NCBI GenBank assembly: GCA_018609945.1 | Contig: JAHENO010000011.1 | Location: 1 to 63,137 of the forward strand | Direction: 5' to 3' | Length of the DNA: 63,137 nucleotides | DNA from: Haloarculaceae archaeon | Lineage (GTDB): Archaea; Halobacteriota; Halobacteria; Halobacteriales; Haloarculaceae | Shown here: piece by piece, positions 8,221-17,339 of the stretch | Layout: each line of letters begins with the position of its first letter | Numbering within the stretch: position 1 is the stretch's first letter | Position numbers and translations under genes: made by a program | Notes under the pieces: model-generated | Databases searched by the model: none | What the model saw: only the letters and a program-made list of their open reading frames with translations | Told to the model about the DNA's origin: nothing

Positions 8221-9587
8221 TGCTCGGAATCGTCGTCTCCCGCGCCGACGACGCCTCGGTCCACATCGGCGAGCACCTCCTCGATCTCGCGGACTGGGAT
8301 CGCCTCGCGGACACGTCCCGCCCGGACGCCGAAGGCGGGGCCGTCGTCTACCGGACCGAGGGCGCGGTCCTCCGCGAGTTCGACGCCCTCCACCTCCACA
8401 CGGAGCGGGCCGCCGACGCCTTCGAAGAACTCGACCTCCTCGTGTTCGCCTCGAAACACGCCGGCGAGACCGGGCCGCTGTTGACGGCCCACCACACCGG
8501 CAACGTCGGGCCGGCCGACCACGGCGGCGACCCGAACGACCTCGCCCGCGCCTGCCCGAACGCCCACGCTCGCGTCCTCGCGGCACTGGCCGACCACGCG
8601 CCCGAGGGCTACGAGGTCGGCATGGAGTGTACCCACCACGGGCCCACGGACGTCGGGGCGCCTTCGATGTTCGTCGAGGTCGGCAGCGGCCAGGCGGAGT
8701 GGGACGACCCCGGAGCGGCCCGCGCCGTCGCGCGCGCCATTCTCGAACTGCGCGGCGTCGCGCCCGACCGCGAGCCGGAAGACGGGAAGGCCGACGACAG
8801 CCACCGCAGACACCTCGTCGGGATCGGGGGCGGCCACTACGCGCCCCGTTTCGAGCGGGTCGTCCGCGAGACCGACTGGGCGGTGGGGCACGTCGCCGCC
8901 GAATGGGGGCTGGCGGCGCTGGGCGACCCCGGCGCCCCCGAGAGCAGGACGGTCCTCGATGCGCTCTTCACCGAGAGCCGGGCGGCCTACGCGCTCGTCG
9001 ACGGGGACCGCCCCGCAATCGAGGACGTGGTCGCGAACCTCGGCTACCGGTCGGTGAGCGAGACCTGGGTCCGCGAGACCGACGGCGTGGCCCTGGGGCT
9101 GGTCGGGGCCGTCGAGCGCGAGGTGGCGACCGTCGGGGAGGGGTTGCGGTTCGGCGAGCCGGCCGTCGACCACGCGGGCGAGTTCGTCGTCGTCGATCCG
9201 CCGGTAGAACTGCTCGACGAGGCCCGCGGGATCGACCGCGAGGCCACCCGGGCGACGTTCCGACGCGTGGCCCTGGCCTTCGACACCGACCAGGGCGGCA
9301 CGCGAGTGACCGGCCCTGCGGTCCTCGCGGTCCCCGACGACCGCGAGGCGCTCGTCGACGGACTGACCGCGGTGCTCCGGGAGCGATACGACAGCGTCGA
9401 GCGCGTCGAGGGGGCAGTCCTGGCCCGCGAGGTGGCCTTCGACCCCGACCGGGCCCGGACGCTGGGCGTCCCCGAGGGACCGAAGTTCGGCCGCCTGGCG
9501 GCCGGTGACCCGGTCGAGGTCGACGGCGAGGAGATCCCGCCCGAGGCGGTCCGCGAGGAACGCGAACGCCGGTTCCCGATAGCATAA
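8220..9587 (+). CDS. dtdA: Archaeal-type D-aminoacyl-tRNA deacylase
   Basis: MLGIVVSRADDASVHIGEHLL...LVFASKHAGETGPLLTAHHTGN...MECTHHGPTDVGAPSMFVEVGS matches the DtdA family pattern. The ATG overlaps the upstream TGA. Confidence 0.8.
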   Translation: MLGIVVSRADDASVHIGEHLLDLADWDRLADTSRPDAEGGAVVYRTEGAVLREFDALHLHTERAADAFEELDLLVFASKHAGETGPLLTAHHTGNVGPADHGGDPNDLARACPNAHARVLAALADHAPEGYEVGMECTHHGPTDVGAPSMFVEVGSGQAEWDDPGAARAVARAILELRGVAPDREPEDGKADDSHRRHLVGIGGGHYAPRFERVVRETDWAVGHVAAEWGLAALGDPGAPESRTVLDALFTESRAAYALVDGDRPAIEDVVANLGYRSVSETWVRETDGVALGLVGAVEREVATVGEGLRFGEPAVDHAGEFVVVDPPVELLDEARGIDREATRATFRRVALAFDTDQGGTRVTGPAVLAVPDDREALVDGLTAVLRERYDSVERVEGAVLAREVAFDPDRARTLGVPEGPKFGRLAAGDPVEVDGEEIPPEAVREERERRFPIA

Positions 9588-9721
9588 AAAATTCGGGCCG
9601 TTATCACTCGTTTTAGCGCTGTTTCGGCTGGAGATTCACGATACGGAACGACCGTGATGTCTGACGCGCGTCTGACAATGGGAAAGATTATTGTGGATGG
9701 TCTGTAAACAGGGATTTAAAT

Positions 9722-10870
9722 ATGGACTCGATCATCGACGACGCAATCGAGGAGGCCGAGGATGAGCGGACCGAAGAATCTGCAGCCGAAGAGGACGCGT
9801 CGCCGGGGGAACCCTCGACGTCGGGCGAGATGACCGACGAGGAGCTGGCGTCGGTCGTCGAGGATCTCGAGACACAGATCACGGTCGTCGGCTGTGGCGG
9901 CGCCGGGGGCAACACGGTCACGCGAATGATGGAGGAGGGCATCCACGGCGCGAAGCTGGTCGCCGCGAACACGGACGCCCAGCACCTCGCCGACGAGGTC
10001 GATGCCGACACGAAGATCCTCATCGGCCGCAAGCGCACCGGCGGCCGCGGCGCGGGGTCGGTCCCGAAGATCGGCGAGGAGGCCGCCCAGGAGAACATCG
10101 AGGACATCCAGCAGGCCATCGACGGCTCCGACATGCTCTTCGTCACGGCGGGACTGGGCGGCGGAACCGGTACTGGTGCCGCGCCAGTCGTCGCCCAGGC
10201 CGCCCAGGAGGCCGGCGCGCTCACCATCTCTATCGTCACTATCCCCTTCACCGCCGAGGGCGAGCGCCGGCGTGCGAACGCCGACGCCGGCCTCGAACGC
10301 CTCCGTGCGGTCTCCGATACGGTGATCGTCGTCCCGAACGACCGCCTCCTCGACTACGCGCCGTCGATGCCCCTCCAGGACGCGTTCAAGATCTGTGACC
10401 GCGTCCTGATGCGCTCGGTCAAGGGCATGACCGAACTCATCACCAAGCCCGGCCTCGTCAACGTCGACTTCGCCGACGTCCGGACCATCATGGAGAACGG
10501 CGGCGTCGCGATGATCGGCCTCGGGGAGTCGGATTCGGAGAACAAGGCCCAGGACTCCATCCGGTCGGCGCTGCGCTCGCCGCTGCTGGACGTGGAGTTC
10601 GACGGCGCCAACTCCGCGCTCGTGAACGTGGTCGGTGGCCCCGACATGGCCATCGAGGAGGCCGAGGGCGTCGTCGAGGAGATCTACGACCGCATCGATC
10701 CCGACGCCCGCATCATCTGGGGCGCGTCCGTCGACCGGGACTACGAGGGCACGATGGAGACGATGATCGTCGTCACCGGCGTCGAATCCCCGCAGATCTA
10801 CGGCAAGAGCGAGGCCGAGCGCGAGCGGGCTGCCCAGCAGATCGGCGAAGATATCGACTACGTGGAGTAA
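9722..10870 (+). CDS. ftsZ: Cell division GTPase FtsZ (FtsZ1-like, acidic N-terminal tail)
   Basis: [15 protein letters not shown], the tubulin signature [15 protein letters not shown], and IVVPNDRLL. Confidence 0.97.
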   Translation: MDSIIDDAIEEAEDERTEESAAEEDASPGEPSTSGEMTDEELASVVEDLETQITVVGCGGAGGNTVTRMMEEGIHGAKLVAANTDAQHLADEVDADTKILIGRKRTGGRGAGSVPKIGEEAAQENIEDIQQAIDGSDMLFVTAGLGGGTGTGAAPVVAQAAQEAGALTISIVTIPFTAEGERRRANADAGLERLRAVSDTVIVVPNDRLLDYAPSMPLQDAFKICDRVLMRSVKGMTELITKPGLVNVDFADVRTIMENGGVAMIGLGESDSENKAQDSIRSALRSPLLDVEFDGANSALVNVVGGPDMAIEEAEGVVEEIYDRIDPDARIIWGASVDRDYEGTMETMIVVTGVESPQIYGKSEAERERAAQQIGEDIDYVE

Positions 10871-10882
10871 TCGCCCCGGTCG

Positions 10883-10887
10883 TTTTT
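10883..10887 (+). terminator. Oligo-T (T5) tract 13 nt after the ftsZ stop
   Basis: cgTTTTTcc seen directly in the sequence. Archaeal termination commonly uses oligo-T. Confidence 0.4.
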
Positions 10888-11015
10888 CCTCGTCTCCCTT
10901 CCGTCGTCCCGCTGTTTCTCGGTGTTCCGGACCGCCAGTCCGGACGCTGCGCCGATTGCGCGGTCGGCGTCGCCGCCGACGTAATTTTCAAGCCGCTCGG
11001 TCGGCACCGTGGGAT

Positions 11016-11882
11016 ATGTTCCCGGGATTCGACGAGCAGCGAGTCGATGTCGGCGACGCCGAACTCTACCTGCGTCGGGGCGGTGCGGGTCCCCCACTCG
11101 TCCTGTTGCACGGCTACCCGCAGACACACGTCGCGTGGCACAAGATCGCCCCGCGGCTGGCCGAGGAGTACACCGTCGTCGCGCCGGATTTGCGGGGCTA
11201 CGGCGACAGCACGGGACCCGGGGATCCGGAGACGGCCGACTACGCCAACCGCGTCATGGCCGAGGACGTGGTCGCGCTCATGGCCGAACTGGGCCACGAG
11301 TCTTTCCTGCTGGCGGGCCACGATCGGGGCGCCCGCGTGGGCTACCGGCTGGCGCTGGACCACCCCGAACGGGTCCGGAAGGTCGCCCTGCTCGACATCG
11401 TCCCGACCCTCGAAACTGCCGAGATGATGGACTACGGCTACGCGAAGGCGATGTACCACTGGCTCTTTCTCGCCCAGCCCCGCCCGGTTCCGGAGCGACT
11501 CATCGGCAACGATCCCGCGTTCTACGTCGATCACCTGGTCGAGAGCTGGGCCGAACGCCCCGGGGCACTCGCCGACGAGGCACTCGCGGCGTACCACCGT
11601 GCCTTCGAGCGGGAGTCGGTCCGCCGGGCGAGCTGCGAGGACTACCGAGCCGGGCTGAGCGTCGACCTCGACCACGACCGCGCCACGCGCGAGGCCGGCG
11701 ACCGCATCGAGTGCCCGCTGCTCGCGGTGTGGGGCGGCGGGTCGGGCACCGTCTCCTTCGATCCCCTGTCTGTCTGGGTGCGGTGGGCGAGCGACGTCAG
11801 CGGCCGGGGATTGGACTGCGGGCACTTCCTCATGGAGGAGGCACCCGAGGAGACGCTCGCGGAACTGCTGGCCTTCCTGTAG
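11016..11882 (+). CDS. Alpha/beta hydrolase (haloacetate dehalogenase / epoxide hydrolase-like)
   Basis: Track ORF trimmed to MFPGFDEQRVDVGDAELYLRRGGAGPPLVLLHGYPQTHVAWHKIAPRL. Nucleophile elbow LAGHDRGA. Confidence 0.85.
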   Translation: MFPGFDEQRVDVGDAELYLRRGGAGPPLVLLHGYPQTHVAWHKIAPRLAEEYTVVAPDLRGYGDSTGPGDPETADYANRVMAEDVVALMAELGHESFLLAGHDRGARVGYRLALDHPERVRKVALLDIVPTLETAEMMDYGYAKAMYHWLFLAQPRPVPERLIGNDPAFYVDHLVESWAERPGALADEALAAYHRAFERESVRRASCEDYRAGLSVDLDHDRATREAGDRIECPLLAVWGGGSGTVSFDPLSVWVRWASDVSGRGLDCGHFLMEEAPEETLAELLAFL

Positions 11883-11946
11883 CGGTCGTGTAGGGTCGGG
11901 GGCAAACGGAGGACGATTTATCCCGGTCGGTCGGCAACCCGCCGGT

Positions 11947-12732
11947 GTGACACTCGCGCTGTCGCCGACGCTTTCCGCCATCCTCGTCGTGGTCGTCTTC
12001 GTCGCCGGGACGATCAACGGCGTCGCCGGGTTCGGGTTTGCCCTCGTGGGAACGATGGTGCTGGCGACGGTCGTCGACCCGGCGACGGCGGTCGTGTTCA
12101 TGATCGTCCCCATCCTGTCGGCGAACGTCACCCTCGTCCGTGAGCTGTCGGCGGCGGACCTGCGGACGTGTGGCCGGCGGTTCGCGCCGCTCGTCGGGTC
12201 GGCGCTCGTCGGGACGGTGCTGGGGATGGTCGTCCTCGATTCTCTTCCGGCCGGGCCACTCCGGGTCGGGCTCGGTGCCGTGACGCTCGCCTTCGTCGCG
12301 ACCGCACAGAACGTCGTCCCGTTGCCCGGCATCGAGGGGACGAAAGACCGGTGTTTCGTCGAATCGCCGGCCGCGATGGCGGGGGTGGGCGGCGTCTCGG
12401 GGCTGCTCTTCGGCGGCACGAACGTCGGGGTGCAACTCATCGCCTACCTGCGGAGCTGTGACCTCTCGCACGGCCTGTTCGTCGGCGTCGTCGCGATGGT
12501 CTTCCTCGGCCTGAACGCCATCCGTGTCGGCGTCGCCGGCGCGCTGGGGATGTATCCCGGCCTCACGCTCGCCGGCGTCTCGGTCGCCGCGACGGTCCCG
12601 GCCGTCGCGGGCGTCACGTTCGGCCAGCGAATCCGGGGCCGCGTCGGCGAGGGAACCCGCCGGGCAGTCGTACTGGGGTTGCTGACCGTCATCGGCGTTC
12701 GGCTCGTGCTGGGCGGGCTGGGGATTGCGTGA
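11947..12732 (+). CDS. TauE/SafE family sulfite-exporter-like permease
   Basis: GTG start. VFVAGTINGVAGFGFALVGT motif and about 8 TM helices. Confidence 0.8.
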   Translation: MTLALSPTLSAILVVVVFVAGTINGVAGFGFALVGTMVLATVVDPATAVVFMIVPILSANVTLVRELSAADLRTCGRRFAPLVGSALVGTVLGMVVLDSLPAGPLRVGLGAVTLAFVATAQNVVPLPGIEGTKDRCFVESPAAMAGVGGVSGLLFGGTNVGVQLIAYLRSCDLSHGLFVGVVAMVFLGLNAIRVGVAGALGMYPGLTLAGVSVAATVPAVAGVTFGQRIRGRVGEGTRRAVVLGLLTVIGVRLVLGGLGIA

Positions 12733-12812
12733 GAGTGGACGACGCACGGTATCCGCTGGCGGGGCCGACCGGAGTCACAACCGCCAAGTACGGGCCGCGG
12801 GAGAGGACAGGT

Positions 12813-13790
12813 ATGAAAGCGACCGCGCGGGCCCATCCAATCCAGGGGCTCGTGAAGTACCACGGGATGCGCGACGAGGCGCTCCGGATGCCGTATCACG
12901 ACTCGATCAGCGTCTGCACGGCGCCGAGTGCGACCACCACGACAGTCGAGTTCGACGCCGGACGCGAGGCCGACCGCTACGTCGTGGACGGAGACGTCAT
13001 CGAGGGCCGTGGCGCCGAGCGCATCCGCGCGGTCGTCGACCGCGTGCGCGACCTCGCGGGCGTAGACGACCGCGTGCGCTTCGAGTCGGCCAATTCCTTC
13101 CAGACGAACGTCGGCCTCGGCTCGTCGGCCTCGGGATTCGCCGCCGCGGCGACGGCCCTCGTCGAGGCCGCGGGGCTGGACCTCTCGTTGTCCGACATCT
13201 CGACCATCGCCCGGCGCGGCTCTGCCTCCTCGGCACGGGCGGTCACCGGCGCGTTCTCGCACCTGCGGGCCGGTCTCAACGACGCGGACTGCCGCTCCGA
13301 GCGGATCGACGTTCCCGACGCGTTCGCCGACGAGTTGCGGATCGTCGCTGGACTGGTCCCCGCCTACAAGGAGACCGACCAGGCCCACCGGGAGGCCGCC
13401 GAGAGTCACATGTTCGACGCCAGGATGGCCCACGTCCGCGGCCAGATCGCGCGGATGCGCGACGCGCTCCGGGCCGGCGACTTCGAGCGGACCTTCGAAC
13501 TCGCGGAACACGACTCCCTGTCGCTGGCCGCGACGACGATGACCGGCCCCGCGGGCTGGGTCTACTGGCAACCCCGGACCCTCGAAATCTTCAACGCGGT
13601 CCGCGACCTCCGCGAGGAGGGCGTCCCCGTGTACTTCTCCGTGGACACGGGCGCGAGCGTCTACGTCAACACTACCGCCGAACACGCCGACCGCGTCGAG
13701 GCGACCGTGGCCGACTGCGGCGTCGAGACCCGCGTCTGGAAGGTTGGCGGCCCGGCGCGGATCCTCGAGGAGAGCGAGGCGCTGTTCTGA
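12813..13790 (+). CDS. GHMP-fold mevalonate-pathway decarboxylase (diphospho-/phosphomevalonate decarboxylase family; probably the haloarchaeal phosphomevalonate decarboxylase type)
   Basis: Track ORF trimmed to MKATARAHPIQGLVKYHGMRD. Contains NVGLGSSASGFAAAA and ARRGSASSARAV. Confidence 0.85.
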   Translation: MKATARAHPIQGLVKYHGMRDEALRMPYHDSISVCTAPSATTTTVEFDAGREADRYVVDGDVIEGRGAERIRAVVDRVRDLAGVDDRVRFESANSFQTNVGLGSSASGFAAAATALVEAAGLDLSLSDISTIARRGSASSARAVTGAFSHLRAGLNDADCRSERIDVPDAFADELRIVAGLVPAYKETDQAHREAAESHMFDARMAHVRGQIARMRDALRAGDFERTFELAEHDSLSLAATTMTGPAGWVYWQPRTLEIFNAVRDLREEGVPVYFSVDTGASVYVNTTAEHADRVEATVADCGVETRVWKVGGPARILEESEALF

Positions 13791-13801
13791 CGTCGTCGGC
13801 G

Positions 13802-15028
13802 ATGACCGAGACGGGTCGACAGCGAGAGGTCTATGAGCGTTCGGCCCAACCCACAGACATGCACGTCGCCGTTCTCGGTGCCGGCTACGCGGGTGTCGCC
13901 CTCGCACGGAAACTGGAGCGGTCCCTCCCCGACGACGTCGCGATCACGGTCGTCGACGAGCGAGAGACCCACGTCGTCCAGCACCTGATCCACCGGCTGG
14001 TCCGGTATCCCTCGCTCCGCGAAGAACTGACCGTCCCCGTCGGACAGCTGCTCGATCGGGCGACCCACCGACAGGCGCGAGTCACGGACCTCGACCCGGA
14101 CGCCGGCGAGGTGGGGCTCGCGGACGGCTCCCTGTCCTACGACGCCGGCGCGGTCTGTCTGGGCGCCCGGACCGCTGACTACGGCATCCCCGGCGTCGAG
14201 GCCCACGCGACGCCGCTGAAGCGGCCCCGCCACGCCGAACGTATTCGCGCGGACTTCCTCGACGTCTGCGAGTCGGGCAGCCGGGCGGTCGTCGTCGGCG
14301 CCGGCCTCTCAGGCATCCAGGTCGCGGGCGAACTCGCGGACCTCGCCCGCCAGGAGGGAGCCAGCGAGGCCGTCGAGGTGCGCCTGCTCGAACAGGAGGG
14401 GACCGTCGCGCCGTCCTTCCCCGAGAACTTCCAGCGGGCCGTCGCGGAGGAACTCGCAGAGCGGGGGGTCCGCGTCGAGACCGGGCGGACCGTCGAGGCC
14501 GTCGACACCGACGCGGTCTCGCTGGTCGGCGGGGGAACCGTGGCCTACGACCAGCTCGTCTGGACCGGCGGCATCGCTGGCGGGGACGCGATGGGTGGCG
14601 AGCGCCCGCAGGTGCGGGCGGATCTGCGGCTGGGCGAGCGGACGTTCGTGGCCGGGGACGCCGCGCGGGTCGTCGACGCGAACGGCGAGCCCGCGCCGGC
14701 GAGCGCACAGACCGCGGTCAGGCAGGCCGATGTCGCCGCCGAGAACGTCGAGCGACTGCTCTCGCACCGACGGGACGGCGACGGCTTCGCGCCCCGACTG
14801 GAGCGGTACCGGTACGACGAACTGGGCTGGCTGGTCAGCGTCGGCGACGGCACCGTCGCGCAGGTCGGCCCGTCGGTCCTGCGGGGCCGGGCGGCGAAGG
14901 CGCTGAAGACGACCGTCGGCGCGGGCTATCTGGCCTCGGTCGGTGCCATCGAACAGGCGTCGGACCTGGTCTGGGAGGAGGTCGGGACGCCGGGGCCGCA
15001 CAGTCAGCCGGAACGGACCGGCGGGTGA
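13802..15028 (+). CDS. NAD(P)/FAD-dependent oxidoreductase, type II NADH dehydrogenase-like
   Basis: This is the real part of the 767-aa track ORF. It has two Rossmann motifs, HVAVLGAGYAGV and AVVVGAGLSGIQ. The start is either ATG 13802 or ATG 13859. Confidence 0.8.
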   Translation: MTETGRQREVYERSAQPTDMHVAVLGAGYAGVALARKLERSLPDDVAITVVDERETHVVQHLIHRLVRYPSLREELTVPVGQLLDRATHRQARVTDLDPDAGEVGLADGSLSYDAGAVCLGARTADYGIPGVEAHATPLKRPRHAERIRADFLDVCESGSRAVVVGAGLSGIQVAGELADLARQEGASEAVEVRLLEQEGTVAPSFPENFQRAVAEELAERGVRVETGRTVEAVDTDAVSLVGGGTVAYDQLVWTGGIAGGDAMGGERPQVRADLRLGERTFVAGDAARVVDANGEPAPASAQTAVRQADVAAENVERLLSHRRDGDGFAPRLERYRYDELGWLVSVGDGTVAQVGPSVLRGRAAKALKTTVGAGYLASVGAIEQASDLVWEEVGTPGPHSQPERTGG

Positions 15029-15110
15029 CACACCCCGGGTCGCCCGTCAGCCGCCCGTTCCGTGGCTTCGCCGCAATGGTTAAGAGCGCAGGTGGTGAAC
15101 CGCCCACAGG

Positions 15111-15242
15111 ATGCCCGAGTGCTCCCGCTGTGGCACGCGGATGAGCCACAACGACGAGACGACGAAACTGGTCGAGTACGTCTGTCCCACCTGCCACAAC
15201 ACCCATATCGTCTGGAAATCCTCCTACCGAACGAGTGACTGA
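15111..15242 (+). CDS. 43-aa zinc-ribbon microprotein (CxxC...CPxC), copy 1
   Basis: Hand translation: MPECSRCGTRMSHNDETTKLVEYVCPTCHNTHIVWKSSYRTSD*. Too short for the ORF track. It is a paralog of the next gene. Confidence 0.6.
   Translation: MPECSRCGTRMSHNDETTKLVEYVCPTCHNTHIVWKSSYRTSD
15148..15180 (+). repeat. 33-nt direct repeat, copy A (identical to 15404-15436)
   Basis: acaacgacgagacgacgaaactggtcgagtacg appears at both positions, 256 nt apart, inside the two microprotein genes. Confidence 0.9.
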
Positions 15243-15366
15243 CCTATCTTAACTCGAACACTTCGTGTCCGTGTATTTCATACGGACTCTGTGGGAGCGA
15301 TTCACATACGGCACCCTCGCAAAAACCATAATGATTAATAATCCCGGTGTCGAAGTGACGGATGGA

Positions 15367-15498
15367 ATGACACAGTGTACCCGGTGTGGCGGCCAGCTGA
15401 ATTACAACGACGAGACGACGAAACTGGTCGAGTACGCCTGCCCGACCTGCCACAACACGGTCATCGTCCAGAAGGAATCGTTCCGCGCCCGAGCCTGA
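15367..15498 (+). CDS. 43-aa zinc-ribbon microprotein (CxxC...CPxC), copy 2
   Basis: Internal ATG of track ORF 15265-15498: MTQCTRCGGQLNYNDETTKLVEYACPTCHNTVIVQKESFRARA*. An AT-rich TATA-like patch lies at 15333-15342. Confidence 0.65.
   Translation: MTQCTRCGGQLNYNDETTKLVEYACPTCHNTVIVQKESFRARA
15404..15436 (+). repeat. 33-nt direct repeat, copy B
   Basis: Identical to 15148-15180. Confidence 0.9.
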
Positions 15499-15613
15499 GC
15501 ATGATTTCCCGGCACACGCACGACTGTTCCGTATCGCCCGTACTGGTACACTGAGTGTTCTCCCCGCCTGGCCCGGTCACAAGCGTTTAGCCCGTGGCCT
15601 CGCGTGTCTCTGC

Positions 15614-15988
15614 ATGGCAGACCCCGACGAGCGGAACGTCTACGGCGAGCCACTCGCACCCTGTAGCGAGGATCCGGTGACCGGCTACCTGCGCGACGGG
15701 TGCTGTCGACACCTCTCGGAGGACGCCGGCCGCCACGAGGTCTGTGCAGTCGTGACCGCGGAGTTCCTCGAATTCAGCAAGGCCCGGGGCAACGACCTCG
15801 TGACGCCCAGGCCCGAACTGGCCTTTCCGGGGCTGGAACCGGGCGACCGCTGGTGTCTGTGTCTCGACCGCTGGCTGGAGGCCGAGGCCGAGGGCGTCGC
15901 ACCGCCGGTCGTGCTCGCGGCGACGAACGAGAGCGCGCTGGACCGCGTGCGCCGGACGACGCTCGAAGCACACGCCCACGACGGGTGA
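15614..15988 (+). CDS. DUF2237 family Cys-rich protein
   Basis: NVYGEPLAPCSEDPVTGYLRDGCC...HEVCAVVTAEFLEFSKARGNDL...PGDRWCLCLDRW matches the DUF2237 pattern as I remember it. Confidence 0.8.
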   Translation: MADPDERNVYGEPLAPCSEDPVTGYLRDGCCRHLSEDAGRHEVCAVVTAEFLEFSKARGNDLVTPRPELAFPGLEPGDRWCLCLDRWLEAEAEGVAPPVVLAATNESALDRVRRTTLEAHAHDG

Positions 15989-16038
15989 CCATCAGGTCGT
16001 GACACACCCGAGGCTGACGCGACGCGAGGGGGAGGTTT

Positions 16039-16413
16039 TTGTCGTCCCCTCGCCAACGGCGTGGCGTGACGGCGGTCGACGAGTGGTACGATGCGCTGGC
16101 GGCCGCAGGGGAACTCACCCCAGAGGGAGTCGACCGTATCGTCGCAGTCCACGGCGACCGCGGCCAGCGCGCCATCGAGGCCGTCGCCGAACAGCGGGTG
16201 AAGGGCTACCGCGATTTCACCGTCGTCGTCGGCCACGCCGAGGAGTACATCGTCGAGGACGACGGCTGTACCTGCAAGGACGCCGAGTACAACCTCGACG
16301 CCGCCGACCCCGAACAGCTGTGCTGGCACGCCATCGCCGTCCGCATCGCCGAGGCCATCGGTCAGGTCGACGAACACGACATGTGGTACTCGGACGTGCG
16401 TGAGTTCCTCTGA
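16039..16413 (+). CDS. SWIM zinc-finger domain protein
   Basis: CTCKDAEYNLDAADPEQLCWH is a CxC...CxH SWIM pattern. The start is uncertain: TTG 16039 or GTG 16066. Confidence 0.65.
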   Translation: MSSPRQRRGVTAVDEWYDALAAAGELTPEGVDRIVAVHGDRGQRAIEAVAEQRVKGYRDFTVVVGHAEEYIVEDDGCTCKDAEYNLDAADPEQLCWHAIAVRIAEAIGQVDEHDMWYSDVREFL

Positions 16414-16451
16414 CGGTGCGGGTCGCTCGCCCGTGGGTGTAGACAGAAAAG

Positions 16452-16533
16452 CGCCAGGACTGGGATTTGAACCCAGAATCCCGTAAGGGAACACGCTCTC
16501 CAAGCGTGCGCCTTACCGTTCGGCCATCCTGGC
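16452..16533 (-). tRNA. tRNA-Ser (anticodon GGA), type II with long variable arm, no encoded CCA, no intron
   Basis: Hand fold of GCCAGGA-TG-GCC/GAACGGTAA/GGC-G-CACGC-TTGGAGA-GCGTG-TTCCCTTACGGGATT-CTGGG-TTCAAAT-CCCAG-TCCTGGC-G. Confidence 0.93.
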
Positions 16534-16560
16534 TCGTCCGACTGTAGCAGGACGGCGCGC

Positions 16561-16764
16561 TTAAGCCCTTTCGTTCCCGTGCACCCGCGGCCGGGCGACG
16601 TGCGTGAGGACGGCCGCGACGGCCGCCACAGCCAGGGTGACGCCGGCCTTGGGGGCCACCCCGACGCGGGTGGCGACCGCCAGCTCGTATCCCTGGACGA
16701 GCACCAGGAAGGAGAGTCCGCCGATGACGCCCCACAGGGCGCTCGCCTTGTGCCGTGGATCCAT
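16561..16764 (-). CDS. Small membrane protein (67 aa)
   Basis: Track ORF trimmed to MDPRHKASALWGVIGGLSFLVLV. Two helices. The ATG lies 2 nt after the upstream stop. Confidence 0.5.
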   Translation of the reverse strand: MDPRHKASALWGVIGGLSFLVLVQGYELAVATRVGVAPKAGVTLAVAAVAAVLTHVARPRVHGNERA

Positions 16765-16766
16765 CG

Positions 16767-17324
16767 TCACGTCCCCTCGAGTGCCGCACACACCTGCGTT
16801 CGGGTCCGTTCCCAGTCGCCGGAGTTGTCGACAGTCACGTGGGGCCGCGAGAGCGGGTCGAACGCCTCGCGGATGCGGTCGTAGTCCGCGACGCCGGCGT
16901 CGCTCGCGTCGTCTGTCCGGGCGGCGATGCGCTCGCGGGCCACCGGCTCGGCACACTCCACCTTCAGAAAGAGTGGCTCGACGCCGCGGTCGTCGGCCGC
17001 CTCGGCGACGGCCGCCCGGAACGTCTCGTCGCGGTAGGTTCCATCGAGAACCGCCCGCTCCCCGCTCTCGACAGTCGCGAGCGCCCGCTCTAGGAGTTCC
17101 GCGTACACGCGCTCGGTTTCGGCCCTGTCGTAGGAGGGCTCGGCGAACATCTCGGCCCGCACCTCGTCGGTCCGGTAGACCGTCGCAGAGAGGCAGTCAC
17201 CGATGGCCCGGGCCACCCGGGACTTGCCGACGCCGGGCAGGCCACAGACGACGACCAGCGAGGGCCCGCCGGCGTCGTCGGAGGAGGGGTCCGTTCCGGC
17301 GGTCGATTCCATGGTCGGGAGCAT
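16767..17324 (-). CDS. P-loop ATP-binding protein (AAA_33 / kinase-like)
   Basis: Walker A motif VVVCGLPGVGKSRVA. Size and layout resemble small nucleotide/gluconate-kinase-like proteins. Confidence 0.8.
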   Translation of the reverse strand: MLPTMESTAGTDPSSDDAGGPSLVVVCGLPGVGKSRVARAIGDCLSATVYRTDEVRAEMFAEPSYDRAETERVYAELLERALATVESGERAVLDGTYRDETFRAAVAEAADDRGVEPLFLKVECAEPVARERIAARTDDASDAGVADYDRIREAFDPLSRPHVTVDNSGDWERTRTQVCAALEGT

Positions 17325-17339
17325 TCGCGCGTGTCCTTT

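Noticed and set aside
6826-8586. 586-aa Arg-rich minus-strand ORF over the CaCA exchanger and dtdA
   Set aside because: Extreme Arg/Gly/Pro content from the GC-rich antisense frame. The sense-strand genes have clear family motifs.
9713-9720. ATTTAAAT directly before the ftsZ ATG as its TATA box
   Set aside because: The position is wrong. A TATA element there would start transcription about 25 nt inside the conserved FtsZ N-terminus. The patch at 9683-9692 is better placed.
12725-13801. N-terminal part of the 767-aa ORF overlapping the MVA decarboxylase gene
   Set aside because: Arg/Gly/Pro-rich alternative frame. The NDH-2-like protein starts at 13802 or 13859 with its Rossmann motif.
15265-15366. 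N-terminal extension making a 77-aa protein of microprotein copy 2
   Set aside because: The extension is AT-rich, starts at a non-ATG codon and has no counterpart in copy 1. A TATA-like patch sits inside it at the right distance from the internal ATG at 15367.
16452-16533. tRNA-Ser as an integration site for a mobile element
   Set aside because: There is no integrase or recombinase gene nearby. I did not see a second copy of the tRNA 3' segment (ggttcaaatcccagtcctggcg) elsewhere in the window. The flanking genes look ordinary.
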